Of a DNA stretch of 64,000 bases, positions 11,787 through 24,944 are shown piece by piece; the first letter of the stretch is position 1; each line of letters starts with the position of its first letter. The notes beneath the pieces were generated by a model. The model ran no database searches. It saw nothing but the letters and a program-made list of their open reading frames with translations, and was not told the origin of the DNA. A program made the position numbers and the translations under genes. Origin of the DNA: Phoronis australis (Eukaryota > Animalia > Phoronida). The DNA is taken from assembly GCA_002633005.1 (NCBI GenBank), contig NMRA01000275.1:395827-459826 (forward strand). Direction: 5' to 3'.

Positions 11787-14700
11787 AGTTTCGGATGGCT
11801 GTCAAGCGTAATTCACTGAGATATTCCCATTAATGACAAAAACGCACGTTTCCGTCTTTCAGTAACTTTTATTGTAACTCCCAGAACAACCCACAAATTT
11901 CACTCTCTAACATCCCTTTCTCTTTACTCTTTTGACTAGACGACCTAATCAGCTAACGAAAAAGAGAAAAAAATACATCAAAGCCAAACTACAAATTTCT
12001 TACGTACCATAAAACAACACATATCTTAAGCAACTGAAGGGTCAAATGGCTTGGTGGGTTTAACTGTTCGACCAGAACGAGTTATATAAGGCGTTGGCAT
12101 GGGGGTCTGAACGTCTGAATCATAAAAAGCCGCCGCCGAGGTTGGCTCCTGTATTTATGAACGAGAGAGAACTAGGACGTAAATCATTTGGCTCAACAGG
12201 GGTCGAGTGAGCCTCCTGATTCACTGGGGAATGGGTAAACATTGCCTGACCACCATTTGGAGATAAACCTCGATTAAGTGCTGGCTGAATATGTTTCCTA
12301 TTACGTCTGACCCCGCCTTTAGGAGTATCAACCATATAAGACCTCGGTGCGGGCATCGAAGCAACCCTACCCAGTGTCCATGAAGTTCCCCGATTATGTG
12401 AAGACGTGTAGACCATGTCACCCACTTCGAAATCAGACATATCAGACACAACACCTTTCGTTTTATGGTACTGTACTTTAGCCTTTGTTCAACGATGACT
12501 AATCTCAGACTTAACAATAGCAGGAGAGACTGCATTAGGCAAAAGTTGTTCAGTGGACAGGGGTACCCTTACCCACGGTCAGTCATGACTGAACGATCAG
12601 TCATGACTGATTTGTGACTGATAAGTGACTGACCAATTCAGTCATGACCACCCTGTGACTGAACAAATGTCTAACACAGGTGGTGTGACTGAATTATGAC
12701 TGAATAGTCTTAGAATGCATTAGATATGACTGAACATTGACTGAATTGTCTTTAAACTTTCAAAGTGTGACTGAATGATGACTGAAATCTCTTTGGATCA
12801 CTGAACATAGGACTTATTAATGACTGAATTATCTTAAACTTTCTAGATGTGACTGAATGATGACTGAAATCTCTTCAAATATTTTACATATGATCCAATC
12901 CACAAGCAGAGGTCTTAATTATATCTCAAAACTTCAGAAGTGACTGATAATTAATAACAATGTAACGTACTAGCAGTAAGCATAACGAAATAGAAAATCA
13001 ACCCCAACACATAATGTCAGGGATGAAACTAATTCCTTGCCTTACTTTGTCCTCAACATGCAAAAATACATTATCTGCCCATTGACCTTAATTAATTAAT
13101 GTTGTGTCTCTAAATCAACTGTTTTAAGTACGATACATACAGATGCCATATGTTTATGTTAATCATTATTTATTTACAGAAACCAAGCAGATAAGTTGAC
13201 AATATGTGTACATATAACAATTGTGCATTTTGTGGAATTCACAGCTTAAGTCAATTTGCAGAATTGTTCTAGAGCTGACATAGTTGTTTTAAATTATTAG
13301 CAGTGCATGATGACATAAACAACTTGAAAAGACAGATTTAATGTGCTCTACTATTGTGACTCTCCCTCTAAGTGTACCAGGCACTAAAGTTACCATATGT
13401 TGAAGGGGTGTTTGTTCATGATTAGAAAGGTGCAGTGAAACGGTCTCATAGACATTACTAGTTTTGCTTTCTAATAAGTTTGGTAGTCTTCTGATCTTCA
13501 GTAGGCAAAAAAATACATTTTTTCACTGGAGAACACTGGTTGTCTTTCACTTTATTCTACATTTTTCTTATTATTCTCTTTCTAAAAAATTGGGAAACTT
13601 GCTGACAAATGTCTGTCCAGTTTCTAATTTTATAAATGCAACTAGGCATTTAATGTCCTTAACAAAGATAGGTTTCATATCATTGTCAACTGACACACAC
13701 AAGACATGTGTCAAATGAGGCAGCTTAACATTTTCTACCACGGAAAGTCTTTTGACAATGGCTAAAAAGGCAAATTCATCATCGTGTAATGTAACATGTA
13801 GAAAATACTTGATCTGTGCGAAACTGTTGTTATTCAGTAATACAGTGTAACTATTTCTTCGCATTACTTTCTTATACTCTTTAGAATGGATAACAAGGAA
13901 ATACGTTTAAAAATTGCGGCAGTCCGAACAGGTATAGCAAGGTAATCTTTGACTAAATTAGGTACATTAAAGGGTGTCATATGACCAACAGCAGAAATAC
14001 CCTCCCAAATATATACAGTGGTACTTTTGACATGTTCTAGTTCTACGACCCAAACACCTCTGAGAGGGCGTGTAAGTGGAACCTTCCTGGGGAGTGTTTC
14101 AGTCTGTACAACATCAAAACAGTATTAAGATCATTTGACTTCTTTAACAGATTTTTCAAAACTTTAACTCCCGCCTCAGCTTTACCGCTGCCCTGAGGCC
14201 AATACGGGGAGGAAGTCACATGATCAACGTCATGCTGTTTGCAAAATGTCGTAAAATCAAAACTGATGAATTGGAGCCCATTATCAGTGAGGAGAACCTC
14301 AGGAACACCATAACGAGTGAAATGAGCGGCCGTTTTGCTAATAACTGTCTCAGTGAGAGTATCAGGAAGACGATCAACTTCTATAAAATCTGAGAAATGA
14401 TCTACTGTAAGCAGATAATTAGTGTTCTTGAAGTGAAACAAGTCTTGACTAACAAACTGCCAAGGATAATCAGGAATGGGTTGAGACAACATTGGCTGAG
14501 AGCGACTTTCCCTAGAATATTCTGCACACTTACCTCAACTATAACATTTGTCCCTTATTGCTGCTTGCATGCCTGGCCAAAATATGATATTTTTTGCAAA
14601 GCGAACACAACTCTCGGCCCCCTGATGAGATGCATGCACTTTATCTAACATCTCCTTGCGCAAACCGGTTGGCACCACTGCCTGTAGACCTCTTTAAATT

Positions 14701-15570
14701 ACTCCACCGGAAACTGATAATTCATCCCTAAAACTCCAATAAGGCGATACATCATTGTCCACAAACTTTTTAGTGGACGAACAGCCTGTTGTGATATAAA
14801 TCAGCAACTGCCTTATAACACGATCGAGCCTTGTAGCAGTCTTCAGACTAGAAGCAGTCTTGGGCTTTAACCTAACATTTGGCAAGTTATCTGCCATCAT
14901 AACATCTAACCTTAATACCTGAAACTCTGGGGAGTTGGAATTAATATCCGACAGAGGAGCTCTCGAAAGGGTGTCCGCTAGGACCAACGATTTCCCTTTC
15001 TTGTAAACAACAGATATGTTGTATTGCTGAAGGCACATCATGAGCCTTTGCAGACGTTTTGGTGCTTTGGTCAAAGATTTTTTGAAAATACTCTCTAAGG
15101 GCTGGTGATCAGCATGAACAACAGTCTGATGGCCAAAAAGCCACAAGCGCCATTTCTCGCATGCCACACATATGGCCAACGTCTCCTTCTCAATCTGTAC
15201 CCATGAACACTCATTGGGTCGCATCTGGCAAGACGCATACGCTACCGGTTGTAAGCAACCCTCTACATTTGGCTGCATTAAACATGCACCTAAAGCCGTG
15301 TCCGATGCGTCTGTCGGAAGGACTATAGGCTTACTAGGGTAAAAAACCCCAGACAAGGTGCCGAAGCAAGTTGATTCTTGGCATGCTGGAATGCTAAGTC
15401 ACAAGCCGGAGTCCATACAAAGGGAACATCCAGTTTAGTCAAATTATGTAATGGGTGAATAGTCTCATACAATGATGAACAAAACATATTCAAATAGGTA
15501 ACCATACCCATGAATCTCTGAACATCCTTCTTATCAACAGGAGTTGGCATATCTGTTATTGAACGAAATA
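11787..15570 (-). mobile_element. Gypsy element B, 3' half (RT connection, RNase H, integrase, PPT, 3'LTR), interrupted by a CACTA-like end
   Basis: ORFs 14694-15356 (TDASDTALGACLMQ, LADTLSR), 14043-14492 (PDYPWQFVSQDLF, TSSPYWPQGSG) and 12120-12449 (PRSYMVDT..VRRNRKHI). PPT AAAGAGAAAGGGA at about 11913-11925; putative 3'LTR at about 11787-11912. Confidence 0.85.
12571..14032 (-). mobile_element. One end of a CACTA/EnSpm-like DNA transposon
   Basis: Terminus CCCACGGTCAGTCA followed by many subterminal TGACTGA(A) repeats (12580-12950). Minus-strand fragment HSKEYKKVMRRNSYTV..FAQIKYF resembles the C-terminus of animal EnSpm transposases. It splits the host integrase GRRTRT|RVPL. Confidence 0.6.
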
Positions 15571-17007
15571 ACATGACACCGGTAGCCTCAGGTTTAAGGT
15601 CTACCCGGACTTCATAGTCCTTTAAACACCCTAACTCCGGTGAAAACACATCAGCATACTGCTTACACAGATCACCCAAACTATCAACAGATACCGCATT
15701 AACCGAAAACTCCTGCTCCCAGTTAATGTTCAGTTTACGTAACCAATTACGACCTATCAATGGAGTACAGTCTCCTTTTACCACCACTAATGGCAATTTC
15801 TCCGTAACATCTTTGACATTAGTATCTGCTGTCATCACCCCTACAATGTCAAGACTGTTGTTACTAAGGCAATGAATTTAACATCTGCTGCCTGCAGGGT
15901 GTCATCGGGTTTCCGAAACAAAGAGTAGGTACTCTCCCCTATGCAAGACGCGATCGCACCAGTGTCCAGTTCCATGTACAATTTCTGCCCATTGACAAAC
16001 ACTGGCATCATGAACTTCTTATCGCTCGCGATACCTAAATCAATGTCAACTGTACCCGAGTCAATATGGAACAAACCGTACTCACCGATATCCGCTTCCG
16101 CACCACGTGACACTGAATTCATGGGCTTACCTCCCTTGATCTTGTAGCACACAGTCAAGTGCCCCACTTGATTATATTTGCTGCAAACCGCATTCTTTTT
16201 TGGGCACTTGTTCGCAAAGTGTCCAACCACGTTACACCGGAAACATCGTTTCTCCTGGGACGTACTGGGTCCCCGTTGTTTCCTATCCTGTTTCCCCCAA
16301 CCATGTTGCTTGTGTTTGTCAGTTCCCTTATCTACTCCATGGATCGTCCCATGAGCTCGTTGTCTGTCACCGTACACAACTAAATCACCTGTTGTGCAAT
16401 TTCCACTGCCTTGTTGAAAGTCAACTTTAATCCATCTGTGCTTTTCAACAATTTTGTAACCGCTGACTACAATTTCACACCCTGGATGAGTTGGTCCACC
16501 AACATTTCATCGAGTCTCTGCCCGAACTCACACTTCCGAGCAGCCTGTTTAAATTGGACACTGTAGTCTAACACTGACTCATTAGACTCCCTCACAATCA
16601 CCCGAAATTTGGCTCTCTCCGTGCGTGCATTCGTAGTTCCTCCATAATGGGAACTCAACAGCGCAATCAGCTCTTCAAAGCTTTTCTCCGACGGCTTATC
16701 GGAGGCGCTCAGATTCTTCAGAACCTGGTACTGTCCTGGCGAAAACCCTGTGATCAATGAATGAACTTTCAGCTCATTTGCAGTCTTTTCAAGTACAAAG
16801 TAGCTCTCCAACCGTTCCAGGAATGCAGATCGAGTTTTGGGGGTTTGTTTTCGCTATCCCACTCCTGACACCAGTTAAGTTATAATGCGCAGATGTTTGA
16901 CGATTATTATCGTTAAAGAATAAACAGGTATTCTAGAGACGCCATCTTTATTCTACACTGGCCCAAGTGACGCCTATCGGTCACATGACATAACTACACC
17001 ACTAACA
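15570..17007 (-). mobile_element. Gypsy element A, 5' half (LTR, PBS, gag, protease)
   Basis: Putative 5'LTR at about 16874-17007. Perfect 18-nt PBS TGGTGTCAGGAGTGGGAT (tRNA-Leu CAG 3' end) at 16856-16873. gag 16467-16811, CCHC (CFRCNVVGHFANKC), protease (MELDTGA, LIGRNWL). Ends abruptly at DLKPEAT. Confidence 0.85.
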
Positions 17008-17869
17008 CTATCCCCATTACCACCAACTGGTAATCTGGACAAGGCATCTGTTGCATTTTGTGAACCTGGTCTATACTTCACTGTAAAATTAAATGGCAGT
17101 AACCGCAAGGCCCACCGCTGAGGAAACCTTTCCCTTATATGAATAAATGATTTTCAAAACCTTGTGGTCAGTAGTTAATTCAAAGGGTAACCCAAGAAGA
17201 TATATGCGAAATTTCTCGCAACCCCAAACACAAGTGAGAGCCTCTTTTTCGCTCTGACAATGCTGTCTCTCTACATCACTGAAAGATCTGCTCGCATAAC
17301 TGACAGGTTTGAACTTGCCATCACTCTGTTTCTGAGTTAAAATACACTCAATACCCACGGAACTGGCATCTACAACAAGTTTCGTATCAACACCCTGAGT
17401 AAAAGGAGCAAGAGACTCAGCATTTGAAATCATTTCTTTTAATTGCATGAAAGCATCTACTTGAGCCCTGCCCCATACCCATTTCTCACTAGATCTGGTT
17501 AGCCGTTGCAGAGGTTCGGCTACACTAGTGGCTAATTTGGAATAAACTCTGTACATCAATTCACCAAGCCTAAGAAAGCTCCTATCTTTGCCAACTTTAG
17601 TTCAGTACTACCATAAATGATAATATCATCTGCTATGTTTCTAGCACCTGGGCAGTCCTGGAGCATCTGATTAATAATAAACTGGTATTGCTCCGGTGCG
17701 TAGGATGCACCAAAAAGCATTAATTCTTTTGTATCTGTACAATCCTTAGTGTGCTGTAATGGTTGTTATTGCACGAGAATCGGTATCCAGCTCAATTTTA
17801 TGGAACCCTAGTTTTAAATTGATTTTGCCTGCATGTCCAATAGTATTTCCTTCACTGTAGAAATCAGAT

Positions 17870-17990
17870 TGTAGAATTAAGATAAAAGACATATTAATAA
17901 ATATATTCCACTAATATTCAACTACAAACATAATATTCCAAATCAGAGAGCGTCGTCATGAACGTGATGTTAAATATCGCGTATGTGACA
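17870..17990. mobile_element. 121-bp solo LTR inserted in the RT of element H
   Basis: TG...CA ends with near-TSD CAGAT (17865-17869) / CGGAT (17991-17995). Removing it restores RERHP-ISTVKEILLDM. Confidence 0.75.
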
Positions 17991-19888
17991 CGGATGCCTT
18001 TCCCTAACTATTGCCTGATTTGGAATTCTCATGGCTACACAAATTCTGACATCATTTTGCCCTGGTTTAGGAACAACAAGAATAGGAGTTATCCAAGGGG
18101 TGGGGCCTGAAACTCTCTCTGTCACGTCTAGTGACTCAAGTGTGATGACCGAATGTATCAACTAAAGCGATCACATTTACGATATATGTATTTATTAGCA
18201 CAACCATGAGTTTACATGCGTTCTGGCCAACAGCCAGACCCCAACTGGACCACGAGGTCTCTAACAACTTGACTAGACGGAAGACACGCCCATTACATAC
18301 TAAGACAGTTACCACAACTCCCCTTTTCTTATGTTTGAACTACCTACAATTTTAATCTAATTGGGGGTTTTGATACACGCCCCGAACGACACAATCCCCC
18401 GCCGAAAACATCAGTTCCACTAACAGTGTCCGTTTGGCCAGGGTCTGTGCCTGGAACAGGAGCCGACTCAGCCAACGCGTCCCTGGTAACCTCCTGCTCA
18501 GCCTCAGCGACAACACAATCCTTCACTTGGTCATGTGACAGTTTCTGCGCAAACTGTTTACTCACGACGTTAATGCCTGGTCTCATGTTATCCAAACGTG
18601 AACGCATTTTCCGACGATACAATATCTCGCAAGGCGGTTTGCCAGTGGTACTTAATGCGGAGTCAACCGGTACCACATCAACATTTTTAGTCTAGTGTTC
18701 AAAGTTCCGCCTTTGATCTTCTTCAACCCTTCTTTCACAATCTGGACAGCTCGCTCGCATAGACCATTAGACGCAAGATGGTATGGTGCGACTAATATCT
18801 GTTTCACCATATTACTCCTCAGAAAATCTGCAAACTCCACACTAGTAAAGCATGATCCATTGTCACTCACTATCATACGGGGTACATCATGATCAGCAAA
18901 TGACCGCCACAGACTCTCAATGGTCGCGGCCGATGACGATGAATGGTTGACGTGCACGTCAATCGATTTTGATTTCGCATCAATGACCACTAATAACATC
19001 TTTCCCTCTATCAGGCCAGTGTAATCGATGTGTAAGCGTTCCCATGGTTCACCAGGTTCTGTCCAAGGGTGCAAAGGAGCTTCTAGTGGCGATTTACGAC
19101 ACTGGCGGCACTCGGAACAACCGCGCACCACACTTTCTATCTCCTTGTCTAGATTGGGCCACCAAACATAAGATCTTGCCAGATCGTGAAATGCCCAAAT
19201 GAGCTTCATGCAGCTTATTCATAGCACAAGAGCGGAGCGATGGGGGTATCACCACACGACATCCCCACAACAAACAATTATCCTCAATACTCAGTTCATT
19301 GCAATGATAGCTGTACGGACGGAATTTGCCATCGGATACGTTGTCGGGCCACCCAAATTTTACAAAATATAATACTTTCGACAACGTTGGATCCCTTGCA
19401 GTTAAGCGTTTCACTTCGTGTACATTGGCCGACATATTTCCCAGTTGACCCTTCAACCAATTTACGTGGCCTGGGATTTCAGAATTCTTTGGAACGTCGC
19501 TGACAGGCAAACGACTGAGGCCGTCGGCATTTGCTAATTTCTCGCCCGGTTTATATTTGATGGTATACTTGTACGCTGACAGAATCAGAGACCATCACTT
19601 TAACCTGTCAGATGCCATCTGTGGTATAGCTTTATCCGGGCTAAAAATGATTAGCAATGGTTTGTGGTCCGACTTGATTGAAAATTCCTGTCCATACAGG
19701 AACTGATTGAAATGTTTGAGTCCAAATACAATCGCAGACCCTTCTTTATCTAACTGACTGTAGTTCTTCTCGGTTATCGTTAAAGTTCGCGACGCAAATG
19801 CAATTGGGCGTTCCGAGCCATCGCTGAAATCGCGGGAAATAACAGCACCAAGGCCATACGGTGAAGCATCGCATGCCAACACTAACGG

Positions 19889-21430
19889 CATTGGCATGTG
19901 TGCTGCTGCGGAGCCTGCACGTTTGTTTCAGGGTCAGGGGACATGATGCCATTCTGAGCGACTGTCATCGTGACGGACTCACCAATTTTGGGGAAGTCCG
20001 GCGATATTGTGCCAAGGTTGGTACATACCTCTCGACTGAGGAACACTTTTCTGGTTGTGTCAGTTATGTACACTATGGCTTTCGTGTGCATCGGTTTCTG
20101 CGATGGTCCGCGACCAGAAAAGTGGAGTAGGGTGGCACCAAGGATGTTAATGTCGCCGTTGTTGGCCGCATGCATCTTCATGGTGACAGGGAGTAGGTCA
20201 CGCTGGGAGAGACCTAGTTGTTGAAGCGTGTTGAGGCCGGCGAGGCAGCTCTGGCAGCCTGTGTCTGCCAGGCAGTGTATAACGACTGGGGTGGTGCAGT
20301 GTGAAGTAGGGAAGCCAAGTTGTTCGAAGTCGCTGTTGTCAGCCAAGGTAACTGAGAGTTGTACCGTGGGTTGCGGTTTCGATGCTTGGCGTCGCCACGT
20401 GTCGTTAAGACTATCGTACAGGTGATGGTCGAGTTGTATCGTTGTGTGTGACTGTGTATTACCTGTCATGTGGCAGAACACCCCACAGAGTTGGTCAAAG
20501 ACTGCACTCTCATTGTTGGGAGGGGGCTTGCCTTTGGGGTTGTCCTTACTCCGACATACGGATTCGAAGTGGTGGGGTCTGTTGCAAGACAGGCAGGTGT
20601 GCCCGTAGGCGGGACAGTTCTGTCGACGGGCTTGTGCAGGGGCACTACGACCATGCCCTGTTTGACCACAGTAGGTGCAATTTGTGCTTTTGTGGGATGT
20701 CGTATCTCTTTTGTTGCGGCGGTATAAGCTGGTGGCATCTGTTTGGACGACTGGGGGGTCTAGTAGACGTGAGGCAGACCGTTTGCCAGATTCTTTGGCT
20801 TCGACAAACTGGAACACTTGCTCAAGAGACATGTCCTGGTTTTTGTCACCGAGGAGATCCAGCTGAATCTCTGGGTCGGCTAAACCCCTTATGAGAACAT
20901 CNNNNNNNNNNNNNNNNNNNNNNNNNNNNNNNNNNNNNNNNNNNNNNNNNNNNNNNNNNNNNNNNNNNNNNNNNNNNNNNNNNNNNNNNNNNNNNNNNNN
21001 NNNNNNNNNNNNNNNNNNNNNNNNNNNNNNNNNNNNNNNNNNNNNNNNNNNNNNNNNNNNNNNNNNNNNNNNNNNNNNNNNNNNNNNNNNNNNNNNNNNN
21101 NNNNNNNNNNNNNNNNNNNNNNNNNNNNNNNNNNNNNNNNNNNNNNNNNNNNNNNNNNNNNNNNNNNNNNNNNNNNNNNNNNNNNNNNNNNNNNNNNNNN
21201 NNNNNNNNNNNNNNNNNNNNNNNNNNNNNNNNNNNNNNNNNNNNNNNNNNNNNNNNNNNNNNNNNNNNNNNNNNNNNNNNNNNNNNNNNNNNNNNNNNNN
21301 NNNNNNNNNNNNNNNNNNNNNNNNNNNNNAGAGAGAGAGAATGCTTTAATTTAGCGAGACTCGTTAGTCATGGAATCCACTTCCTGTCCGTGACTAGTGA
21401 CCTCTATTGGGTAAAGGTGAATATTCTATA
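19889..21430 (-). mobile_element. Gypsy gag-protease fragment (element G) nested in the RNase H region of element F; spans an assembly gap
   Basis: Uninterrupted 316-aa ORF 19882-20832 with CCHC knuckle (CLSCNRPHHFESVC) and protease (LADTGCQS). The host frame VLTHFDLSK|PLVLACDAS rejoins across 21431/19888. N-gap at 20902-21329. Confidence 0.85.
20902..21329. other. Assembly gap
   Basis: Run of N. Confidence 1.
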
Positions 21431-24004
21431 GTTTGGACAGATCAAAATGAGTCAACACAGTCTCTGACGACATTATAACTTTAGACTCGCGGAAAGCACG
21501 GTCTTCGTCCTGTGACCCAAGTTCACGCTACATTTTTACGTAGTAGCCTATACAACGGTGCCAATCAGGTGGATGCGTTCCGTATGTATTTACCATGATA
21601 GTAGTTCAGCATACCCAGGTATGCTCGGAGCTCAGTAACGCTTCTCTGTACGGGGGCGTCACGAATCGCACAAATTTTCTCATCCGTCAGAGGTAGTCCA
21701 TCCCTGTCTATTCTGTTCCTCAAGTATACAGTTTCATCTTGCAAGAAATTGCATTTATCCATTGTTTAAACGCAAACCAGCATCTGATAGACTGCAGCAC
21801 AGTTCTTAAATTTTCAAAGTGTTCCTGTCTGTTTTTGCCCGTGACCACAATGTCGTCCAGATATACCACTACTCCAGGTATACCTTGTAACAATGTATCA
21901 ATGGTGTGCTGCCAAATACTCGGGCTCGAGTGTACTCCAAAAGCAAGATGGTTGTTTTGATACAATCCACGGTGGGTATTAATAGTCAAATATTCCTTTG
22001 ACGGCTCGTCTACCGACATTTGCAAATATGCATTACTCAAACTTGTCCAATTTTGAAAATTGAACGCCTTGTGCAACCTCAACCTGAAGCTCATCTGTTC
22101 TTGGGATCGGGAACTTATCCAACAATGCCACCTGATTGACAGTTATGCGAAAATCACTGCACACCCAGATTTTTCCATTAGATTTTACTATAGGCACGAT
22201 AGGCGTTGCCCAGTTTGAAAACTGCACTTTACTGATTACGCCAATTGCCTACAGATGGTCTAATTTCTCATCCTCCTTTGACTGCAGGGCAAACGGTACG
22301 GGGCTGGCCTTGAAAAATCTCGGCTTAGCATTTGGTGGAAGATGGATAGTTGCCACAAAATCTTTGAGGTTACCAAGTTCATCAGCTAACAGATGCGAGT
22401 ACGATTTCAACAACGCATCAATATCCTTGCCAAATAATTTGTTAACAGATTTCCATTCGGACTGCAACATGTGGCTCCAATCTGGCACTAGCAATTCTCT
22501 CAACCAATCCCGTCCAAGCAAACTCGGCTCTAGCTGGTACCACCAACAACGGCAAGTCGTGTAACTGACCATTAACCGAGACATTAACTCACGCCTTGCC
22601 TTGTAACGTGTTCTTAGACTTTGTATATGTAAATAAATTATCATTCGCGCTATCCAGTTCTGGCTTGTCGCGCCCGAAGTGACTGTCAAAAACTGATCTG
22701 CAGACAATGGTTTGCGGCGAACCAGTGTCAACCTCGAACTCGAGAGGTTTGCCACCCACACATATTGTGGTGACCACAGGCGGTTCCATTTGAACAGCAC
22801 TGAGCAAATTGTTCAAGAAGGAGCCATCTCCATCTAAATAATTTGTGCGGCCAGATTTTCGTCCAGATTTGACATGTACCTTACAAGCTTTTTTGATATG
22901 CCCCTTTCGCCACAAGCATAACACGACGCCTCAATGAAACCACATTGCGAAGGGTCATGACTACCCCAACAACAAAAACATTTCGTCTTACCGTACGTGG
23001 TGCCGTTGGTCAGCTTGCTTGGACTTGGGCTTGAATCTCCTGGGCTGAATCTGATTAACTTGATGAGGCTGGGGGCTGCAGTTCGATATTAAACCGATGT
23101 TCGAGGCTGCCGCCTCCATGCTGACACAGGTGTCGTATGCTTTTGCGAACGTTAGGTTTTGGATCGCAAACAGCCGCTTTTACATATCCACATTTTGGAC
23201 ACTGCAGATCAGACGGTCGTAACATGTCATTGAGTGTATCTCCAAAGTCGCATGTCGCCGCTAACTCCTGAAGCCGACTAACAAAACTTGCTATGGACTC
23301 CGGTTTTTCACGAACTGCGGAGTTAACTTGAAACGACTCACAATCGGATTCGGTGTAGGCGCAAAGTGTTCAGTTAACTTTTTGATACAGCTGTGAAAAC
23401 GTTTCGTCAACTGGCTTATCCGGCTGTATTAGTTTTCGGAGCAATTGATATGTCTCTGAACCGCACGTGGTCAAAAATATTGCGCGCTTCTTCTCCGCCT
23501 TATCAATATCGTTTGCCACAACGTAGAACTCCAGTCTTTCCACATAACTCGACCAAGTCTCAACTTGTGCGTTAAAAGCACTAACTGTACCGTGAGCGGC
23601 CATAACGTTTCTTGTCATTTATCCTCGTCGCCAAATGTGATGACCGAATGTATCAACTAAAACGATCACATTTACAATATATGTATTTATTAGCACAACC
23701 ATGAGTACACATGTGTTCTGGCCAACAGCCAGATCCCACCTGGACCACGAGGTCTCTAACAACTTGACTAGACGGAAGACACGCCCACTACATACTAAGA
23801 CAGTTACCACATCAAGTTCATCCAACTTCTTACTAACAGCCTCTCACAGAGAGGCAAAGGTCTGACCTTTTGCGCTACTGGTTCAACATCGGGGTCTACA
23901 TAGTTCTTAAGTTTCCCCAAGCCTCAGAAACACTCAAGGTATTTCTCTTCCATTCTATCCAAAACAGACCGTCCCACAGCCTGTACATGATTTACCTTAG
24001 GGTC

Positions 24005-24944
24005 TGTCAGACGATTGACTGTGGGTTTGTTTAAAAGGTAGCTATGCTTTCAGATTGTGCGTAGATGGAAAGTGAATAATCAAATCCAGTAATTAATTTA
24101 TTATATGATAACCCCTAATTAGACAAATGAAACCTATTTCGTGAACATATGCTGTTACTTGCTATCATGGAGAACAAATGAAACCTATTGTTAATTAAGT
24201 AATCAACTACAAAGAGTATGCTAACGCCCTCTTTAAAGATTGCTTTAATCAAACAACCAAAACGATCAAATGTCTTATCTGCTATCCAAGCTAGGACTCT
24301 CCACTTGTTGGATGTCTGTCCTGTTGGTGAATCTTCGAACTACACACACTGTATAGCGACAGTGTACTTGCTGGTCACCGTCTCTGGTGATGCAACACTT
24401 GCAGGCAATTTCTTCTACCCGCGATTCTTCTTGCTGGTCACAGTCTCTGGCTGATGACGCAACACTTCAGGTTACTACCCACAATGCAAGTGACAAGCTC
24501 TTAGTTAACTTCCTGTTCGTTAACCCTTGCCCTTGCCAAGATCCTTTCTAGAATCTTCCACGAGATGGCTCTGTCGTACAATTGCTTCTGTACACCGTAG
24601 CAAGTCTTTATGCTTCAACTACTATAGCGCATCTAATTATCTTGTTGATTTCAGCCCATAATATAACATTCTACTTATTTAGTGATTGGCTAATAAAAAC
24701 CACATGATCATATCCACTCGTATTATTGGCTGTTACAATTTGTTCTCAGAATATTCTAGAATCTCTAGAATACTTTGACCCCAGAACCCAAAGTTGTAAA
24801 CACCATCTAAAAATAGATTTTGACGTTAAATTACATGTCAACAAGTCTGACCCCATGATTTAAAAGTACATATTATGCACAAATTTTGGGCAACTTAAAA
24901 TGGATCTATTCTTACTAATTATTTAATCAATATTTATTCTGACA
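24005..24944. mobile_element. 940-bp solo LTR inserted in element H
   Basis: Termini TGTCAGA...TCTGACA. 5-bp TSD GGGTC at 24000-24004 and 24945-24949. Host protease-end sequence (LGRRTAEQLGILRVGP) lies on the flanks. Confidence 0.85.

Larger units (their letters stand above)
18141..23811 (-). mobile_element. Full-length degenerate Ty3/Gypsy LTR retrotransposon (element F)
   Basis: Paired 176-bp TG...CA LTRs at 18141-18316 and 23636-23811 (about 8 mismatches). 5-bp TSD TCAAG at 18136-18140 and 23812-23816. PBS TGGCGACGAGGAT (3' end of tRNA-Ser GCT) at about 23621-23633; PPT AAGAAAAGGGGAG at about 18318-18330. Frameshifted gag (WSSYVERLEF), protease (EVDTGS), RT (YLDD), RNase H (LACDASPYG) and integrase (PWERLHID, APYH..SNG..ER). 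Confidence 0.95.

Noticed and set aside
12575-12950. CRISPR-like spaced TGACTGAA repeats
   Set aside because: Eukaryotic context, short irregular repeats and no cas genes; they fit CACTA subterminal repeats.
15323-15838. 171-aa ORF as a novel fusion protein
   Set aside because: Chance in-frame junction between two dead Gypsy elements (A and B) after a deletion.
6575-17007. Elements A and D (or A and B) as two halves of one provirus
   Set aside because: Their LTR sequences do not match and the flanking 5-mers differ.
19970-20894. Multiple plus-strand ORFs over element G
   Set aside because: Antisense shadows of a GC-rich gag-protease ORF with no recognisable domains.
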